This document shows, piece by piece, positions 1 to 9,525 of a stretch of 64,000 nucleotides of DNA (position 1 is its first letter; every line of letters starts with the position of its first letter). A program made the position numbers and the translations under genes. This DNA is from an uncultured Nitrososphaerota archaeon. GTDB lineage: Archaea > Thermoproteota > Nitrososphaeria > Nitrososphaerales > Gagatemarchaeaceae. The stretch covers positions 480,001 through 544,000 of the forward strand of contig CAWISW010000003.1 of assembly GCA_963838925.1 (NCBI GenBank). Reading direction: 5' to 3'. Under the pieces are notes generated by a model. The model worked only from the letters and a program-made list of their open reading frames with translations, was not told the DNA's origin and ran no database searches.

Positions 1-125
1 CCTCTGGAAGACGTTGCCCTGGTCACCACTTGGCTGGTTCTCGGTGAGACTCGCCTCAGGGGTGCCGGGCAACTGAAAACTTCAACCGCCTTCTCCGTCG
101 CTTACCTAACTACGTTTCCCTTAGG

Positions 126-1823
126 TCAGAAGGCCGAAGTCTCGCCAGGCACCATGCAGACGGCCCCCTTTGACGAGGACGTGACGAGCTCCGCGTACTT
201 TGCAAAGACTCCGTGCTTGTACTTGATCGGTCGGGGCTTCCAGGTCTTCCTCCTCTCCGCTAGCTCTTGGTCGGAGACCTCGACGTTGAGAGACCTCTTG
301 GCGACGTCGATGGAGATGATGTCGCCGTCCTTCAGGAGTCCTATTGTTCCGCCGACCTGTGCTTCAGGCGCGATGTGCCCGATCATGAATCCGTGGGTGG
401 CTCCGGAGAACCTCCCGTCGGTAAGAAGCGCTACCGAGTCCTTCAAACCCTGTCCCACCAACGCGGCGGTGACGACGAGCATCTCGCGCATGCCTGGCCC
501 GCCCTTCGGCCCCTCGTAGCGGACGACGACAACGTCGCCCGGGTTGATCTTCTTCTCGATTATCGCTTGACGCGCATCCTCCTCCCTCTCGAAGACTCTC
601 GCCGGTCCCCGATGGGCGTTCTTCGTGGAACCTGCGGTCTTGAGCACGCCGCCCTCGGTGGCCAGGTTCCCTCTGAGGACGGCGAACCCCCCGGACTTTC
701 TAACCGGGTTCGATATGGGGTGGATGACGTCCTGGCCGGATGGGAGCTTGACGCCATTCAGCCTCTCCGCGAGGCTCTCGCCCGTGACGGTCCGCGCGTC
801 GCCGTGGAGCAAGCCTGCATCGAGGAGCTGCCTCATGACCAGCTTGACGCCCCCCACTCTGTCGACGTCCGACATCACGTACTTGCCTGCCGGGCGCAGG
901 TCCGCGAGCTCTGGCACGTTGACGCCGACCCTTTCGATGTCTTCGTAGGTCAGCTTCACTCCTGCCTCATATGCGATTGCTAGCAGGTGGAGCACCGCGT
1001 TGGTGGAACCGCCCATTCCTGCGACAACGGCGATTGCGTTCTCGAACGCGTTCTTCGTAAGGATGTCGCGCGGGCGAGTGTTGCTATCGAGCGCCTTCAT
1101 CACGCCCCATCCGCTCTCGTAAGCAATCTTCTTCCTCTGCTCGCTCGGTGCCACCGGAGCGGCGCTGTCGGGGACGGTGAGTCCGATCGCTTCGAGGGCT
1201 GATGCCATCGTGTTTGCGGTGAACATCCCGCCGCAGGCACCATAGGTGGGGCAGGCGTTGCACTCCAGGTCCTTGAGCTGTTGGACCGTCATTGTCCCCC
1301 TCGAAACCTGCCCCATCGCCTCGAAGACGTCTTGGATCGTGACCTCCTTCCCGTTGAACTCTCCGGGCGGGATGCTCCCACCGTAGAGGTAGACTCCGGG
1401 TATGTTGACGCGCGCCAAGGCCATCGCGGAGGCTGGCTGGGTCTTGTCGCAGCCGCCTATCGTAACCAGCCCGTCGAACTGATATCCGGCAGCACAGAGC
1501 TCAATCGAGTCGGCGATGACCTCGCGGCTGATTAGCGAGGCCTTCATCCCCTCGTGCCCCATCGCCATTGCGTCGTTGATTGCGATGCTATTGAACTCCA
1601 AGGGCGTGCCTCCTGCGTCTCTCACGCCCCTCTTCACCTCGTTGGCAAGTTCCCTTAGGTTATAGTTGCAGGGCTGGGCCTCGATCCATGTGTTAGCGAT
1701 GCCGATGATGGGCTTGTCAAAGTCCTCGTCGGTCAAGCCGATGGCGCGCAGCATCGCCCGCTGGGGGGTCCTCTCGATGCCCGCGGTGAGTTTGGCCGGG
1801 TGCCCCTTTGTTACACTTTGCAA
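126..1823 (-). CDS. ilvD: dihydroxy-acid dehydratase
   Basis: 565 aa; IlvD motifs PCN, GGCDKT, GACGGMFTANTM, GGSTNAVLHL, YEGPKGGPGMREM, TDGRFSG; TTG start with TTATAAAA (minus strand, 1853-1860) about 30 nt upstream. Confidence 0.97.
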   Translation of the reverse strand: MQSVTKGHPAKLTAGIERTPQRAMLRAIGLTDEDFDKPIIGIANTWIEAQPCNYNLRELANEVKRGVRDAGGTPLEFNSIAINDAMAMGHEGMKASLISREVIADSIELCAAGYQFDGLVTIGGCDKTQPASAMALARVNIPGVYLYGGSIPPGEFNGKEVTIQDVFEAMGQVSRGTMTVQQLKDLECNACPTYGACGGMFTANTMASALEAIGLTVPDSAAPVAPSEQRKKIAYESGWGVMKALDSNTRPRDILTKNAFENAIAVVAGMGGSTNAVLHLLAIAYEAGVKLTYEDIERVGVNVPELADLRPAGKYVMSDVDRVGGVKLVMRQLLDAGLLHGDARTVTGESLAERLNGVKLPSGQDVIHPISNPVRKSGGFAVLRGNLATEGGVLKTAGSTKNAHRGPARVFEREEDARQAIIEKKINPGDVVVVRYEGPKGGPGMREMLVVTAALVGQGLKDSVALLTDGRFSGATHGFMIGHIAPEAQVGGTIGLLKDGDIISIDVAKRSLNVEVSDQELAERRKTWKPRPIKYKHGVFAKYAELVTSSSKGAVCMVPGETSAF

Positions 1824-1854
1824 TAGAATCTGACCTGAAGCCGGCTCCGGAGTT

Positions 1855-2250
1855 TTATAAGCGTAATTGCGCGACGATGGCCAGTTCGGCAGAAGACCTG
1901 AACAGGTTGGCCATCACCGGCTCCAGTGAGCAAGTTACCGGGTTGACCTTCAGACGCAGCGTCTCCAACGTGGTCACTCCGAGCAGGAGTTCGTCTCCCG
2001 GCCCCACCATTACGGGAATCGCTCTTCTGGATGACCCATATTCGACTCTGGCGTCAGCGAGGCCGGCCTCCTTGACACTGCCGTCTGCGAGCTTGACGCG
2101 GATTACCTCGTTGGGAACGATTCCTAACCTTCTGGCGAGCGAAGGCGAAATCTTCGTGTAGAGGGCGCCGGTGTCAACCAGCATCTCGACATCCTCGTTG
2201 CCCTTCTCGCCTTGCAAGCGCACAGTCGCCCAAGTCTCGCCCATCTTCAT
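1855..2250 (-). CDS. clan AA (retropepsin-like) aspartyl protease
   Basis: 131 aa; LVDTGA catalytic motif, LADG flap, C-terminal LLGVTTLE. Confidence 0.85.
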   Translation of the reverse strand: MKMGETWATVRLQGEKGNEDVEMLVDTGALYTKISPSLARRLGIVPNEVIRVKLADGSVKEAGLADARVEYGSSRRAIPVMVGPGDELLLGVTTLETLRLKVNPVTCSLEPVMANLFRSSAELAIVAQLRL

Positions 2251-2369
2251 TGGTCACCAGTGGAGACAGTCCGCAGATAAATATTAACGCCAATGAGTCG
2301 CGTCAGAGCCAAGTCGCCAGCCATCTCCCAAACTTATATCATGTGGCGCGGACGGCGCCTCCGGAAAAC

Positions 2370-3371
2370 ATGGCAAGGATGTGGCACGACGACGACGTCA
2401 GTTTGGGGCCGATAAAGGGCGAAACGATCGCTGTCATCGGCTACGGTATCCAAGGAGCGGCCCAGGCGAGCAACCTGAGGGACTCAGGGCTAAAGGTGGT
2501 CGTGGGGCTGCGCGAGGGAGGGAAGAGCTGGGCCAAGGCCAAGAAGGAGGGCCACAAGGTCATGACCGTCCCCGACGCGGTGAAGGCGGCGGATTTGGTC
2601 CATGTGCTGATTCCTGATATGCAACAAGCCCGCACCTTCAAGGAAGAGATTCGTCCGTATCTGAAGAAGGACATGGCTCTCTCCTTCTCGCATGGCGCAG
2701 CAATCCATTGGAAGTGGATAGTTCCCCCAAAAAACGTCGACGTAATCATGCTCGCTCCAAAAGCACCAGGGCAGAGAGTGAGAGAGCTTTACCTTGAAAA
2801 CTTTGGCACACCGGCGCTCGTTGCGGTCTACCAAGACGCAACTGGAAGAGCTTGGGACAGAATACTGGGGATGGCGAAGGGCGTCGGGACGACGAGGGCT
2901 GGCGTTCTGGAGACGACCTTCCGGGAGGAGACCGAGACGGATTGGTTCGGAGAACAAGTCGATCTCTGCGGCGGGTCGCACCGGATGATCTTGAGCGCAT
3001 TCGAGACTTTGGTCGAAGCAGGTTATTCCCCTGAAGGGGCTTACTTCGAAGTCCTGCACGAACTCAAGCTCATCGTGGACTTGATGCAAAAATACGGGAT
3101 TGCAGGCATGTATCGCAGAGTTAGCGAAACCGCGAGATATGGTGGTCTGACTAGGGGGCAAGTTGCCATCGGACCCGAGGTCAAGAAGAACATGAAGAAG
3201 GTCCTCAAGGAGATACAGAGCGGCAAGTTCGCGAAGGAATGGGTCAGCGTCTACGAGAAGGAGGGGGAGAAGAGCTTCGGCAAGTACATGGCTGAATTGG
3301 ACAAACACCAAATCGAGGTCGTGGGCAGGAAGCTGCGGAAGATGATGTGGCCCAACGACCAAGTGACGTAA
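2370..3371 (+). CDS. ilvC: ketol-acid reductoisomerase
   Basis: Likely start ATG 2370 (MARMWHDDD), with TATA-like TTATAT at 2334; motifs GYGIQG, SHG, APKAPG, EQVDLCG, AYFEVLHELKLIVDL, VSETARYG. Confidence 0.97.
   Translation: MARMWHDDDVSLGPIKGETIAVIGYGIQGAAQASNLRDSGLKVVVGLREGGKSWAKAKKEGHKVMTVPDAVKAADLVHVLIPDMQQARTFKEEIRPYLKKDMALSFSHGAAIHWKWIVPPKNVDVIMLAPKAPGQRVRELYLENFGTPALVAVYQDATGRAWDRILGMAKGVGTTRAGVLETTFREETETDWFGEQVDLCGGSHRMILSAFETLVEAGYSPEGAYFEVLHELKLIVDLMQKYGIAGMYRRVSETARYGGLTRGQVAIGPEVKKNMKKVLKEIQSGKFAKEWVSVYEKEGEKSFGKYMAELDKHQIEVVGRKLRKMMWPNDQVT
3063..3371 (+). repeat. left copy of diverged 309-nt direct repeat (ilvC 3' end)
   Basis: Colinear and gap-free with 9571-9879; 16 of 102 aa differ. 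Confidence 0.95.
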
Positions 3372-3401
3372 TTCTTCAGAAGCTCTCTAGCCAAAGACGC
3401 G

Positions 3402-5057
3402 CTATTCCTTTGGCCACACTTTTCGAAGGTGTAGCTCGCCTGTCGAGTTCGCACAATCCCAATCGAGTAAGGCCGCATAGGCCCCCTTGACCTTTCGAGT
3501 TTCCGGCCCAATATCGTAATTCTTGTACTGCCCCAACTGGATGCTTGCTTGTTTGAAGGCCGGTTCTAGGTAAGTCCACCACTTGTGCTCGAAGAAATAC
3601 AAGTCGCTCGAGGATTCTCGCCGCATCAAGCTGTCTGGACCAGGATACGTCGACCCCATCTGCCATTGGCCTTCTGAGCTGGGATGTCTCCGCACCTCTA
3701 TCCAGCCAGCATGAGACAAAATAGCGGGGTTAATCTCCTCGGCCACCTTGCCTTTCTCAGCGATTATTTCGTATTTGCTTTCGGCATGCGAAAGACGGGA
3801 GTTTACGTGATTCTGCACCGACGAATCCACCTCAAACGAAAAGCGATTCTCCGTCCCCTCTTCCTTCGAAAGCAGCCTCACCTTGTCGATAATCAGGCCA
3901 GTCTTGAACTGCTCAATTTCCTGACGAAGAGAGGCTCTCGCCGCAGTCACTTCTCTTTCCTTGGGGACGAAGACAAACTTCAAACGATCTCGAGTTGCGA
4001 TGAATCTGCTGATTTTTCCGGTCCCGTCATACGCTGCCCTCGAATGTTCGCCATCGAACCAGAACCTGAATTGCCTTTTTCCCTCTTGAAACCGTGCAAC
4101 CAGAAGTACTTCGAGGCTGTAAGAATCCAGATGAGAATCTTTGAAGGGGAAAAAGTGGCCATCGACCTTTAGGCCCAACGTATTTTCTCGGAAGCTCAGT
4201 CTAGCATTTTTCATGTCTTCCTGTCTATGACTATTGAAGTCTTTGATGAACTGTTCTTGGGAATATGCCCTGACAGTCAGCAGTTCAAACAAATCCCCCT
4301 GCTTTCCCCCGAGCTTGCCTACACGGAGGTGAACAATTTTGCTCTCTCTATTGAGCTGCATTTCCCCGAAGACTTTCCTTGTCAGGTTCTCAGACGCGGA
4401 AAGGCTTCGTATTCCCAGTTCTAGTATTCCTCTCCTGTCTTTCGAAAAGCGCTCGTGAGGCAAGCCGGCCGATTCCAACGCAGCTTGTCTAAAGGTCAGC
4501 TGAGGCCAACCACGGATGGTCTCAACTCTGAATGACTTTCTTTGCTCGATGGAGATGAGTACGATCTTGTAGCTTTCGCGAGCCTTGAGATTCTGCCTGT
4601 ACTCGAAGGGAGCATACAAGAAGATACATTTTCTCTTTGCTCCGATGTGCATCGCATCGAAGCTCCCGACGCCTTCGATTCTACCCTTGATGCTGTATAC
4701 CCTGCCCACCCGTAGATGGAAACCAGCTGCTTTCTCGAACGCAGACTGCAATATTCGAAACCTGAAATTTCCGTCAACAGTTGCCATTCTAGATGCTCTG
4801 GCAGTAAAGATTCCAAGGTATTGGTCTCTGCTCTTTGAAGTGCTTCCGACGGCGATAGCGGATTCATGCTCAGGGGTGTGCCTACTCATTCCTTCATCTG
4901 AATCAGGCGCGGATTTCACAGCCGCAGATTGGGATCCAGTGTCGGGGCGAACCGAAGAAATCGAGGGTTCGACGGGAGGGACCGGAGACAGCGCAGCATC
5001 TGAGACTCGTATTCCCAACTTTGGAGTCGCAGTTATGGACGAGATAACATCGGCCAT
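3402..5057 (-). CDS. hypothetical protein with C-terminal PD-(D/E)XK nuclease-like domain
   Basis: 551 aa; C-terminal pattern GKVAEE...GPD...FFEHK...QLGQY (E, PD, ExK, QxxxY); start uncertain. Confidence 0.6.
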   Translation of the reverse strand: MADVISSITATPKLGIRVSDAALSPVPPVEPSISSVRPDTGSQSAAVKSAPDSDEGMSRHTPEHESAIAVGSTSKSRDQYLGIFTARASRMATVDGNFRFRILQSAFEKAAGFHLRVGRVYSIKGRIEGVGSFDAMHIGAKRKCIFLYAPFEYRQNLKARESYKIVLISIEQRKSFRVETIRGWPQLTFRQAALESAGLPHERFSKDRRGILELGIRSLSASENLTRKVFGEMQLNRESKIVHLRVGKLGGKQGDLFELLTVRAYSQEQFIKDFNSHRQEDMKNARLSFRENTLGLKVDGHFFPFKDSHLDSYSLEVLLVARFQEGKRQFRFWFDGEHSRAAYDGTGKISRFIATRDRLKFVFVPKEREVTAARASLRQEIEQFKTGLIIDKVRLLSKEEGTENRFSFEVDSSVQNHVNSRLSHAESKYEIIAEKGKVAEEINPAILSHAGWIEVRRHPSSEGQWQMGSTYPGPDSLMRRESSSDLYFFEHKWWTYLEPAFKQASIQLGQYKNYDIGPETRKVKGAYAALLDWDCANSTGELHLRKVWPKE

Positions 5058-5203
5058 CGTAACGGGGTAACGGAGACAGGGCGGGGTAGAAGGAAAACGG
5101 AGGTGAGGCAGGAAGGAGGATAGGAGAACACAACGGGGCAGTGAAGGTCGGAGACGAAAAATGAACGTGAGATGATACGTTACCTTCGCATAAAAGCATA
5201 TGT

Positions 5204-5315
5204 TTGACTAGTCTCCACTTAACGCAACGTCAACAATCGCGTTGACATCAGAGAGTCTCATCGTGTCAAATGTCTGATAGTCAATTCGCAAAATCATGTC
5301 AAGTAGATAGTTGAC
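5204..5315. promoter_or_regulatory. array of GTCAA/TTGAC half-sites including two GTCAA-N8-TTGAC palindromes
   Basis: Palindromic boxes at 5229-5246 and 5298-5315; extra half-sites at 5204, 5265 and 5280. Confidence 0.45.
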
Positions 5316-5602
5316 TCTGGGAAAAGCGAATCTTGCAATGAATTGCTATTCTTGGAACTAGAATTTCCAGCTCTATGATTGGCTAAAAGCCGTTTGTGTG
5401 GACCTCGCTCTCATGACGACTCATAGCAAAGAGGAGGAATTCCGCAGGTAGCCGATTATGGGGACCAAGAGAACAAGCATTCGCCCCGGGTGATTTCTTG
5501 AGGGTAGAGGATATTGAGGGGAAACAATTCGCCAATAGGAGAGAAGAATCGGCGCAATTGCCAGATTAGTTAGATAAGGCATAAATAATCGCGACTACGT
5601 TA

Positions 5603-5941
5603 ATGCAAATAGGTCTCATGACTATTGGCAATCTCGTGCCAATGACGTTTTCCTACTCCGCATGGGGCACAGCGGATGAAGATCGAAAGAACAGAGGAAA
5701 GCGAAGGTCGCACATCGAGGTTCAGGCATCGATTCTCAGGGCGCTCGCTTCCGAGTATCTCACGATAAACCAGCTTGCAATCCGCGTGAACCTGAACAGG
5801 GTTCTCGCCAAGACCTACGTAAAAGAGCTGTCACAGAAAGGACGGATCGAGAGCAAGAAGATGAAAGGGCTGGAGAGATACTCCGCCACGCAGAGCGGAG
5901 TCGCCTGGCTGAAGCGCTTCGAGACCTTGGTCCGTGATTAG
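5603..5941 (+). CDS. winged helix-turn-helix DNA-binding protein
   Basis: KRRSHIEV...ILRAL...TINQLAIRVNLN...YSATQSG, typical of archaeal small wHTH proteins; true start may be later. Confidence 0.75.
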   Translation: MQIGLMTIGNLVPMTFSYSAWGTADEDRKNRGKRRSHIEVQASILRALASEYLTINQLAIRVNLNRVLAKTYVKELSQKGRIESKKMKGLERYSATQSGVAWLKRFETLVRD

Positions 5942-6029
5942 AGATACGGATTCTAGTTACCGGATGATAGTTTCTGCCTGCTTTAACTAGGCGCGCTGAA
6001 ATCTATACGTCTGAGTATGTGACTGCTTA

Positions 6030-7760
6030 ATGGTCGTCTATGATCGGAAAGCGCTGACCGCAAAAACTGGTTTGAACGCCGCAATCACACTTTCCATCCT
6101 CTCTCTGTTGATTCTCTCAAGAGGACTTCCGAGCCAAAGTCTCGTGTTTGGCTACCCTTCAACCGCATCATCCGTGCCTCCGAAGCCGGTTGTTCTCGGG
6201 GCGGCCACGGGCTTTGGGGCTGTTGCTGGTCTGGGAGTCAATAACAGCGGTGATTCGAAAGTTGCGGGAAATCTTGGTTCTACCGGCCCAATCACAGGAT
6301 TTCCGCCTGGGAACGTGACGGGTACAATACACTCTGACGACTCGCTCGCTCATCAAGCAACTGACGATTTGGCAAGGTCGTACGGTGCACTCTCAGAGGA
6401 TTCATGCAACGTGGAACTGGCAAGCCAGAACTTGGCGGGACTAGATCTCCAACCAGGAGTATACTGCTATTCCTCGGGGGCATTATTGTCAGGAACGCTC
6501 ACGCTCAACCCAAATCATGATGCTAACGCCATGTATGTCTTCGAGATAGGTGGCGGGTTAACCCTATCGAATGACTCCCAGATTACAATGATAGGTGGCG
6601 ACGGATGCAACGTCTTTTGGGAAATTAGTGGCACCACGTTCATCGGTGCTCAAACCACGTTCGCCGGAAGTATACTATCAGCGGGCAATATCATGATGGG
6701 TGCTGGCGCGAACATCACGGGGGCAGCAATGTCCGAACACGGTTCTTTGGTGATGCATTCCGATTCTGTCGGTGCCCAGTGTTCTAGTTACATGTGGAAG
6801 CATCAGGTAGCGGCCACCAGCGCAGGGACAACAGGTTGCTTCCAGGTCTCCTATCCTAGTGCAGAGTGGGTGAGCGAACCTTGTCTGTACCATGTTGGCC
6901 AACCGCATACCGTTGGCCCTCCAGTCGGAGGTTGCGACACTGAGACCAGCACAGGGACGTGCGATTATGCGGGAAAGAGCAGTGGAACTCTGATCAACCA
7001 TGCCGAGGACAGCTTCCTAACTGGAGGTGGTTACAGCGTTAATGGAATCAGTGGCTCCTGCTCAGCTGGCACTCGGGAATATGACCAATCAAGCGGAGAC
7101 AACTGCGCATACTCAATCCAATTGAATTCGAATAGATGGGTGATTTCGGGGATATGTGGGACGGGAACCAATGCTTGCTGGGGTTGGGAGCAATTCGTGT
7201 TTACGAGTGATTACACTCAGGCTAGTTACTACGTAGACGTGGAACTGGAGGTAATCAATTACGAGAACTACTACGGCTCTGGAAGTTGCAGCAACCTCGG
7301 AACAGACTGGGGTTATGTTGGCGCGGGGAACTGTGGAACCTTCGAGATCAAGTTGGGGGTGACCAGCGCCGCCGAAGTCGATCCGGCGAATTCTCCATCA
7401 GCGTTCAGCTCTCTCTACATAGACGCGGCGGTAGCCTCTAGCGGTAACGACCTCGCTAACGTCTGCGACAGTTCACAATGTTGGGAGAACACCGTGCCCG
7501 ATAATCTGTTTCCAACGGGGTACAACCTCGTCAACGAATGGACCTACGAAGAATACAATGTATTTGGATCAGGCGGAGGCGACGAAGCCATCTGGAATAC
7601 TGGAACCAACATGACCATTTACGGGAACATGTATGACTCTAGCGGCAGCTTAATTTCGGACTCGTGTACTCAGTTCAGCGACACGGGCGAGAGTAGCAAT
7701 CTCGGAGCCGGCACATGCACCGCGGGTACTGGAACCTGGCATTTCACAGAAACGGCGTGA
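6030..7760 (+). CDS. secreted DUF3494 ice-binding-like domain fused to a Cys-rich extracellular domain
   Basis: N-terminal hydrophobic segment; DUF3494 hallmarks GFPPG, LQPGVY, TLTL, VFEIGGGLT, NVFW, FAGSIL; C-terminal half Cys/Gly/Ser/Thr-rich. Confidence 0.8.
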   Translation: MVVYDRKALTAKTGLNAAITLSILSLLILSRGLPSQSLVFGYPSTASSVPPKPVVLGAATGFGAVAGLGVNNSGDSKVAGNLGSTGPITGFPPGNVTGTIHSDDSLAHQATDDLARSYGALSEDSCNVELASQNLAGLDLQPGVYCYSSGALLSGTLTLNPNHDANAMYVFEIGGGLTLSNDSQITMIGGDGCNVFWEISGTTFIGAQTTFAGSILSAGNIMMGAGANITGAAMSEHGSLVMHSDSVGAQCSSYMWKHQVAATSAGTTGCFQVSYPSAEWVSEPCLYHVGQPHTVGPPVGGCDTETSTGTCDYAGKSSGTLINHAEDSFLTGGGYSVNGISGSCSAGTREYDQSSGDNCAYSIQLNSNRWVISGICGTGTNACWGWEQFVFTSDYTQASYYVDVELEVINYENYYGSGSCSNLGTDWGYVGAGNCGTFEIKLGVTSAAEVDPANSPSAFSSLYIDAAVASSGNDLANVCDSSQCWENTVPDNLFPTGYNLVNEWTYEEYNVFGSGGGDEAIWNTGTNMTIYGNMYDSSGSLISDSCTQFSDTGESSNLGAGTCTAGTGTWHFTETA

Positions 7761-7909
7761 GAAGTCATTGATTGATGAATGGACGACCTGGATGCCCAGG
7801 CAACCGATGCGGGTGGCATTTCGGATTCGGTCGAAGATCCTTCAATATCACTTCAGCAAAGTCCCAGTGCATCTCTTATTAGAAACCTGAGCCCGTCTTC
7901 TATCTTGGG

Positions 7910-9196
7910 TTGGAGTTCTTGTCAGGGCATCGAAACCATTCTGAGTCGAATCGCACATGGATTGTGGTCGCGGGTACTGTCGCGGCGGGCCTCATCGCCT
8001 CGGGTCTGCTACTTGCGCCTTCGCTAGGAGCTGTACGAACGGTGACGCAAACGGTTACGTCGACATCGACAGAGACGCTGACGTCGATTTCCTCTTCTCT
8101 AAATAATTCTACTTCCCCAACCCACATCGGTGCAAGTATCCTCGCGAACATTACTGTCGGGACTGATCCTCAAACCCCTCTATTCGATTCAATGAATGGG
8201 GACCTATACGTGCCTAATCATAGCTCCGACGATATCTCCGTCATCTCGGGAGCGACTAACTCATTAGTAGCTACGGTGAAAGTTGGCTCTAGCCCCACCA
8301 CACCTGCACTGGACCCGACCAATGGGCAAGTATACGTCCCGAACGAAGGCTCAGAGAGTGTCTCCGTAATTTCTGGAGTAACAAACGTCGTTATCGCGAC
8401 GATACGAGTAGGTTCTGATCCCCGTACTCCCGTCTTCGATCCCACCAACGACGACATGTACGTCGCCGACCGGCTTTCGGGCGAAGCCTCGGTGATATCT
8501 GGGACCACAAACACTGTTGTCTCAACCATAACCTTCGCGGCTAATCCGCTCCCTCCTGCCTTCGACCAAATCACTCGCGACCTTTACTTTCCCGTCTCGA
8601 ATGGCACAATGTATGACACCATTGCCGTCGTATCAGGTGACACCAACACGCTTGTAGCAAGTGTGCTAGTGGGGCCTGTCCCGTGGACACCTGCCTTCAA
8701 TCCTCTAAACGGAGACATCTACGTTCCAGTATCGGGCCTCCCGGGGCGGCCGAATGACACGGTTTCGGTGATAGACGGAGAGACCAACAATGTGGTCGCG
8801 ACGGACGAGGTCGGTACTTCCCCGTACACGCCAGTCGTAGACTTGGCAAATGGAGAAATCTTCGTTCCTCATCTTAATGCAGATAACATTCCAATCTCAA
8901 TCCTTTCCGGGAAAACGAATTCGGTTGTCGGATTTTTGGCGATTGGCAATGGCTCGCAAACGACGTTGTTTGATCATGTTTCCGGAAACCTTTGGGTTTT
9001 CGGATTTGCTGCAGGCTCAATCACAATGTTAGTCATGGGACAGGACAACTTCGTCGCCACAATCGGGTTACCAAACGGCGAAGGCCGGGGCCTTGGGATT
9101 GGTGTGTCGACACCAGCGATTGACACGACAAACGGAGACATCTATGTACCCGCTGGAGCCTGCATCCTGGTTATTGGGCCTTCAACCGGGGACTGA
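7910..9196 (+). CDS. membrane-anchored YVTN/YncE-type beta-propeller surface protein
   Basis: N-terminal TM and Thr-rich linker, then about seven repeats of P-x-x-P-x-x-D-x-x-NG-x-x-YV...VSVISG-x-TN-x-VVAT. Confidence 0.85.
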   Translation: MEFLSGHRNHSESNRTWIVVAGTVAAGLIASGLLLAPSLGAVRTVTQTVTSTSTETLTSISSSLNNSTSPTHIGASILANITVGTDPQTPLFDSMNGDLYVPNHSSDDISVISGATNSLVATVKVGSSPTTPALDPTNGQVYVPNEGSESVSVISGVTNVVIATIRVGSDPRTPVFDPTNDDMYVADRLSGEASVISGTTNTVVSTITFAANPLPPAFDQITRDLYFPVSNGTMYDTIAVVSGDTNTLVASVLVGPVPWTPAFNPLNGDIYVPVSGLPGRPNDTVSVIDGETNNVVATDEVGTSPYTPVVDLANGEIFVPHLNADNIPISILSGKTNSVVGFLAIGNGSQTTLFDHVSGNLWVFGFAAGSITMLVMGQDNFVATIGLPNGEGRGLGIGVSTPAIDTTNGDIYVPAGACILVIGPSTGD

Positions 9197-9233
9197 CGGC
9201 AAAAACGACTCTTCCGGGTATAGAGGCAACTGG

Positions 9234-9525
9234 AATTACAATCAGGACGAGGAGCGCCTACAGCGCTGCGACATCCACTACCTCACTCCTGACCTGAGGA
9301 TCATCCCCTTCTGCAGCTTCAACGTCATCCCCGAATGGTACAGGGACAAGATCCAGCAAAAGTATGGACTGCCAATCGAGGCCTGGGAAGCGAAGAACGG
9401 CAAGAAGCTCGAGGACGGCCTCTACCGTGGGACCTTGAGGCGGGGCGGCCACCACGCCGGCTGCGGCTGCGCAATAGGCGAGCAGGGCGAGGAAGTCCAC
9501 ATCCAGCCGATTAACGGACTTAATA
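9234..9525 (+). pseudogene. tes: orphan 3' fragment of tetraether lipid synthase (MJ0619/Tes-family radical SAM)
   Basis: YNQDEERLQRCDIHYLTPDLRIIPFCSFNVIPEWYRDKIQQKY resembles the conserved Tes-family C-terminus; host-like codons; no N-terminal radical SAM core present. Confidence 0.75.

Noticed and set aside
8150-9160. Periodic DNA similarity suggesting a repeat array
   Set aside because: Explained by the protein-level YVTN propeller blades
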